DNA from: an uncultured Bacteroidales bacterium
GTDB taxonomy: Bacteria > Bacteroidota > Bacteroidia > Bacteroidales > VadinHA17
Direction of reading: 5' to 3'
Length of the DNA: 64,000 nucleotides
Assembly (NCBI GenBank): GCA_963696535.1
Contig: CAVOKP010000015.1
Span: 46,525-110,524, forward strand
The notes under the pieces were generated by a model. The model did no database searches, had not been told where the DNA came from, and saw only the letters and a list, made by a program, of their open reading frames with translations. Shown one piece after another: positions 60,396 through 64,000 of this stretch (position 1 is its first letter; each line of letters opens with the position of its first letter). Made by a program: the position numbers and the translations under genes.

Positions 60396-62024
60396 ATGAG
60401 CAAGAGTAAGTTCATCGGTTTAATATTGATGATGATGCTGTCGATCACAGGGATTATCTGGGTACAGATAGTATGGATCAGAAATGCCCTGGATATCAGG
60501 AATGATATTTTCAACCGGGCGGTTTTTGCAAGCCTTAATGATGCTGCGCACACAATTGAGTCGAACCGGAAAATGAACTTCTTTTTTGATTCACCGATTT
60601 CTTTTAATTCAGGGGGAGGCGATGTTTCTTCATATTTAAGAATTGGAAGCTATTCCTCGACCGATGGAAAGAATTTCAGCTACAGCGTTACCAGCCAGTC
60701 GGTTACAGGAACAGTCGATTCGTCCGGGAATCTCAGGATGAACGAACCTGTTATAACAAGAACTGATACAACATTCTCTCCAGGTCCCGGTTCAGGAAAT
60801 ATTACACTTCCCGAGGAGCGTGGCGATCTGATGATACCAGGAAACAGTCAGCAGATAAGATCCGGACAGGGGCCGGTTCCGGTAAACTCCAGGGATTTTA
60901 TTGACTGGGTCAGGAAAAGGGCAAGCGAGTTCCAGAACATGAGCGACCAGATGATCGCAGAGGTTTACCAGTGGGAAAAGACAATGGACCTTGATATTGA
61001 TGAGGTTAAATTTGCCCTTACCCGGTCATTGCATTTTTCAAGGATTGAGACTCCGTTCGAATTTGCGGTGATAAAAGACGGGAAAGTGCAGGAAGGTACC
61101 TATAAAAAATCAACCAGGAACGATTTCCTGAAAAGTAATTATATGGTTCAGCTGTTCCCCGACAATATGATTCAACAGAATCTTATCCTGTCGGTTATTT
61201 TCCCTGAAAGGGCAAACTATGTTCTCGGATCAATCGCGTGGCTTCTTGGGGGATCGCTGCTCTTTTCCCTGATTATCCTTGCCACATTTGCATTGAGTCT
61301 CTTCTTTATCATCAGGCAGAAAAAGATATCTGAAATGAAGTCAGATTTTCTTAATAACATGACACATGAATTCAAAACCCCGATTGCAACCATATCCCTT
61401 GCTGCAGATACCATAACAAATCCCAAGGTAATAAATGATGAAGCAGGCATCCGGCACTTCATCGGAATGATCAAGAAAGAGAACAGCAGGATGAACAAAA
61501 AAGTTGAAACAATTCTTCAGATAGCTTCTCTTGATAAGAAAGAAATCGATTTCAGGTTTGAGAATGTTTCAATGCATTCGATAATAGAGAGAGCAATTGA
61601 GACGATAGAAATCCAGGTGCACCAGAGGAACGGAACGATCACGCAGCACCTGATGGCACGGGAACCTGTGATTTATGGCGACTTTGAGCATCTTACAAAT
61701 CTCGTCAACAATCTGCTTGACAATGCAATTAAATATTCGCCTGAGTCTCCTGCAATCACTGTTGAGACAAGGAATAACGAAAAAGGATTAATTTTGTCCG
61801 TAGAAGACAAGGGAATCGGAATGACCAAAAGCGTACAGAGCAAAATTTTTGAAAGGTTCTACCGGCAGAGCAGCGGGAACGTGCATGATGTAAAGGGATT
61901 CGGGCTGGGCCTTAATTACGTAAGGGCAATTATTGATGCCCACAGGGGCAATATCACCGTTACCAGTGAACCGGGCAAGGGAAGCAGATTCGATATTTTC
62001 CTGCCTTTCAGCTGGGAAAACTGA
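60396..62024 (+). CDS. Sensor histidine kinase (RprX-like)
   Basis: Two TMs; KSDFLNNMTHEFKTPIATI, NLLDNAIKY, DKGIG, HDVKGFGLGL. Confidence 0.9.
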   Translation: MSKSKFIGLILMMMLSITGIIWVQIVWIRNALDIRNDIFNRAVFASLNDAAHTIESNRKMNFFFDSPISFNSGGGDVSSYLRIGSYSSTDGKNFSYSVTSQSVTGTVDSSGNLRMNEPVITRTDTTFSPGPGSGNITLPEERGDLMIPGNSQQIRSGQGPVPVNSRDFIDWVRKRASEFQNMSDQMIAEVYQWEKTMDLDIDEVKFALTRSLHFSRIETPFEFAVIKDGKVQEGTYKKSTRNDFLKSNYMVQLFPDNMIQQNLILSVIFPERANYVLGSIAWLLGGSLLFSLIILATFALSLFFIIRQKKISEMKSDFLNNMTHEFKTPIATISLAADTITNPKVINDEAGIRHFIGMIKKENSRMNKKVETILQIASLDKKEIDFRFENVSMHSIIERAIETIEIQVHQRNGTITQHLMAREPVIYGDFEHLTNLVNNLLDNAIKYSPESPAITVETRNNEKGLILSVEDKGIGMTKSVQSKIFERFYRQSSGNVHDVKGFGLGLNYVRAIIDAHRGNITVTSEPGKGSRFDIFLPFSWEN

Positions 62025-62031
62025 AAACAAT

Positions 62032-62727
62032 ATGAAATCCGCAAAAATTTTTCTGGTCGAGGATGACCTGAGTTTTGGATCAGTGCTAAAATCATATCTT
62101 GAGCTGAACGACTACCAGGTCGACTGGGTCGACGACGGGAAATATGCCGTAGAACATTTCAGGAAAGGTGCCTTTGATATCTGCATCCTGGATGTTATGC
62201 TTCCCCATGTGGACGGATTTACCATAGCCGGAGAGATTAGAAAGATCAACAACCTGGTCCCGATCATTTTTCTTACTGCCAAGAAACTCAAGGAAGATGT
62301 TCTTAAAGGGTACGGCTCAGGGGGAGATGATTATGTTACTAAGCCGTTTGATACGGATATCCTGCTGGCAAAAATAAGGGCTATACTGTCAAGACGCGAT
62401 TTTCAGTCAGGAACAAAAGATGTTTTCGAGATTGGAAAATTCATTTTCAATGCCAGGCTCAGGACTCTTTCAGACGGAAATGAGGAAAAGAAGCTCTCAC
62501 CAAAAGAGGCTCAATTGCTCGAGCTTCTTGCTGTCAATCCAAATGAGCTGATCAGCAGGGAAATGGCGTTGAAAAAAATCTGGGGCTCTGATGATTACTT
62601 CACTGCCAGAAGCATGGACGTTTATGTCACCAAGCTGAGAAAATTCCTTTCGGAGGACCCGAGGCTGAATATCAAGAACATTCACGGAGCGGGATTCCAG
62701 CTGATTATCAGGGATGATCTGCCCTGA
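62032..62727 (+). CDS. rprY: OmpR-family response regulator (RprY-like)
   Basis: LVEDD, ILDVMLP, FLTAK, DDYVTKPF, IWGSDDYFTARSMDVYVTKLRK, NIHGAGF. Start MKSAK at 62032. Confidence 0.85.
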   Translation: MKSAKIFLVEDDLSFGSVLKSYLELNDYQVDWVDDGKYAVEHFRKGAFDICILDVMLPHVDGFTIAGEIRKINNLVPIIFLTAKKLKEDVLKGYGSGGDDYVTKPFDTDILLAKIRAILSRRDFQSGTKDVFEIGKFIFNARLRTLSDGNEEKKLSPKEAQLLELLAVNPNELISREMALKKIWGSDDYFTARSMDVYVTKLRKFLSEDPRLNIKNIHGAGFQLIIRDDLP

Positions 62728-63205
62728 GGCTTTTACCGCTGAATTGAAGAGGCAGCAAAAGGCCGATTCCTTCAATCACCCTGATACCCGATTTACCTGC
62801 CAGGATAATCCTGATCTGTTTGCCAGTCCTGGATTCCTCCTCGGCAATTACCTGACGGCAATTCCCGCAAGGAGATACGGATTCAGCCGGCAATCCGTCT
62901 GAATTCATTGCTGCAATGGCAATAGCGACTGGTTTATCATGGGGGAAATTTGAGACAGCCCATGCAATAGCGGTCCTTTCTGCACATATGCCTGAAGGAA
63001 ATGCTGCGTTTTCAACATTCGATCCATAAACTATCCTCCCCGATTCAAGTCTTATTGCTGCCCCCACCATGAACCCCGAGTAAGGGGCATAAGCCATCCC
63101 TGCTGATTCTTTTGCAGCATTTACAAGTTCCCGGTCTCCTGTTTCCAGCTCCTCAGGTCCTTCATATTCCAGGTAGGAAAACGTGATATTTTTAGTTATC
63201 GACAT
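62708..63205 (-). CDS. cdd: Cytidine deaminase
   Basis: AYAPYS.F.VGAA, NVENAAFPSGICAER, PCGNCRQ, LLPLQF. TAACTTTG box at 63230-63237 (minus strand). Confidence 0.95.
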   Translation of the reverse strand: MSITKNITFSYLEYEGPEELETGDRELVNAAKESAGMAYAPYSGFMVGAAIRLESGRIVYGSNVENAAFPSGICAERTAIAWAVSNFPHDKPVAIAIAAMNSDGLPAESVSPCGNCRQVIAEEESRTGKQIRIILAGKSGIRVIEGIGLLLPLQFSGKSLRADHP

Positions 63206-63271
63206 AACTCCTTTATAATGTTTGAATTACAAAGTTAATAAAATTACTTTCTTTTTTCTATTTTTGCTGAG

Positions 63272-64000
63272 ATGAAAAAAACATTGGAAAGACGTTCAAG
63301 TTTCTTTATTCTGATACTAATTTTTGCAGGCCTGAACTCATGCAGGGTTTCAAAACCCCTGGTGACGCTTTCTTCCATAAGCGGTTCTGTCGCGAATTAT
63401 ATAACCACCTACAAGGACCTGGCCATTAGTGAAATGAGGAGGACCGGTGTTCCGGCCAGCATCACGCTCGCACAGGGAATGCTTGAATCGGATTACGGCC
63501 GGAGCACCCTCGCCAGGATCGGGAATAATCATTTCGGAATAAAATGCCATAATGGCTGGAACGGTCAGACAATGAGGCAGCATGATGACAGGCGGAACGA
63601 ATGTTTCAGAAAGTACAGAAGGCCCGAAGATTCATTCTATGATCATTCAGATTTTCTGAAGACAGGCTCCCGTTACAGTTTCCTTTTTGATCTGGATCAG
63701 ACGGACTATAAATCATGGGCACGGGGCCTCAGGAAAGCGGGTTATGCTACAAATCCCGACTATGCAAATATGCTTATAAGAAAGATTGAAGAGAATAAGC
63801 TTTATGATTTTGATAAGGGTTTTACAGCCTCCTATTCTGCACCACCGGAAAAGGTTCAGGAAAAGTTGCCGGAAAAGATTCAGGGCAATACCCGGGTTAA
63901 GGGTAGCGGTGAGGTGATCCCGGCTGAGACGAAATCCGGAACCGGCGAAACGGCAAAAGTAAAGCAGGAAACCATAACATTCGGGGATGTGATGGCAAAG
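63272..64000 (+). CDS. GH73 glucosaminidase domain protein (peptidoglycan hydrolase), 3'-truncated by the window edge; absent from the ORF track
   Basis: Hand translation from ATG 63272: MKKTLE...LNSC...GVPASITLAQGMLESDYGRS...NNHFGIKCH...ECFRKY...GYATNPDYA; open to the end of the window. Confidence 0.9.
   Translation, partial: MKKTLERRSSFFILILIFAGLNSCRVSKPLVTLSSISGSVANYITTYKDLAISEMRRTGVPASITLAQGMLESDYGRSTLARIGNNHFGIKCHNGWNGQTMRQHDDRRNECFRKYRRPEDSFYDHSDFLKTGSRYSFLFDLDQTDYKSWARGLRKAGYATNPDYANMLIRKIEENKLYDFDKGFTASYSAPPEKVQEKLPEKIQGNTRVKGSGEVIPAETKSGTGETAKVKQETITFGDVMAK

Noticed and set aside
63845-63884. Short imperfect repeat CCGGAAAAG(G/A)TTCAGG in the GH73 gene
   Set aside because: Encodes a low-complexity linker (PEKVQEKLPEKIQ).

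Overview
Chromosomal housekeeping region of a Bacteroidota (most likely Bacteroidales) genome, judged from T9SS genes, repeated TAnnTTTG promoter boxes and A-rich ribosome-binding regions without Shine-Dalgarno motifs. It holds about 50 genes: alaS, hutU, ispF, murF, mtaB, folC, a CCA-adding enzyme, trxA, xseAB, dnaK, panB, cdd, an RprX/RprY-like two-component pair and tRNA-Val(TAC). Type IX secretion is well represented: porV, porU, two porP/sprF genes, gldJ, a type A cargo protease and a type B SprB-repeat cargo. An accessory-looking block at 34-44.5 kb lies beside the tRNA 3' end and contains an orphan PAS kinase and four paralogous FISUMP (Fib_succ_major) lipoproteins with 3/4/4/0 FN3-like stalk repeats; it also has a dense cluster of single-base frameshifts that are probably assembly errors. 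The most interesting unannotated signals are non-coding: a candidate ECF-promoter-driven sRNA at 52.37-52.48 kb antisense to 'ATGAAAAAAA' translation starts, a sigma54-type promoter for dnaK, four helically phased GTTAA boxes before the two-component operon, and a perfect 25-bp inverted repeat overlapping the hutU 3' end. No CRISPR array, integrase, transposase or reverse transcriptase was seen. All family assignments are from motif recognition by eye; no database searches were run.
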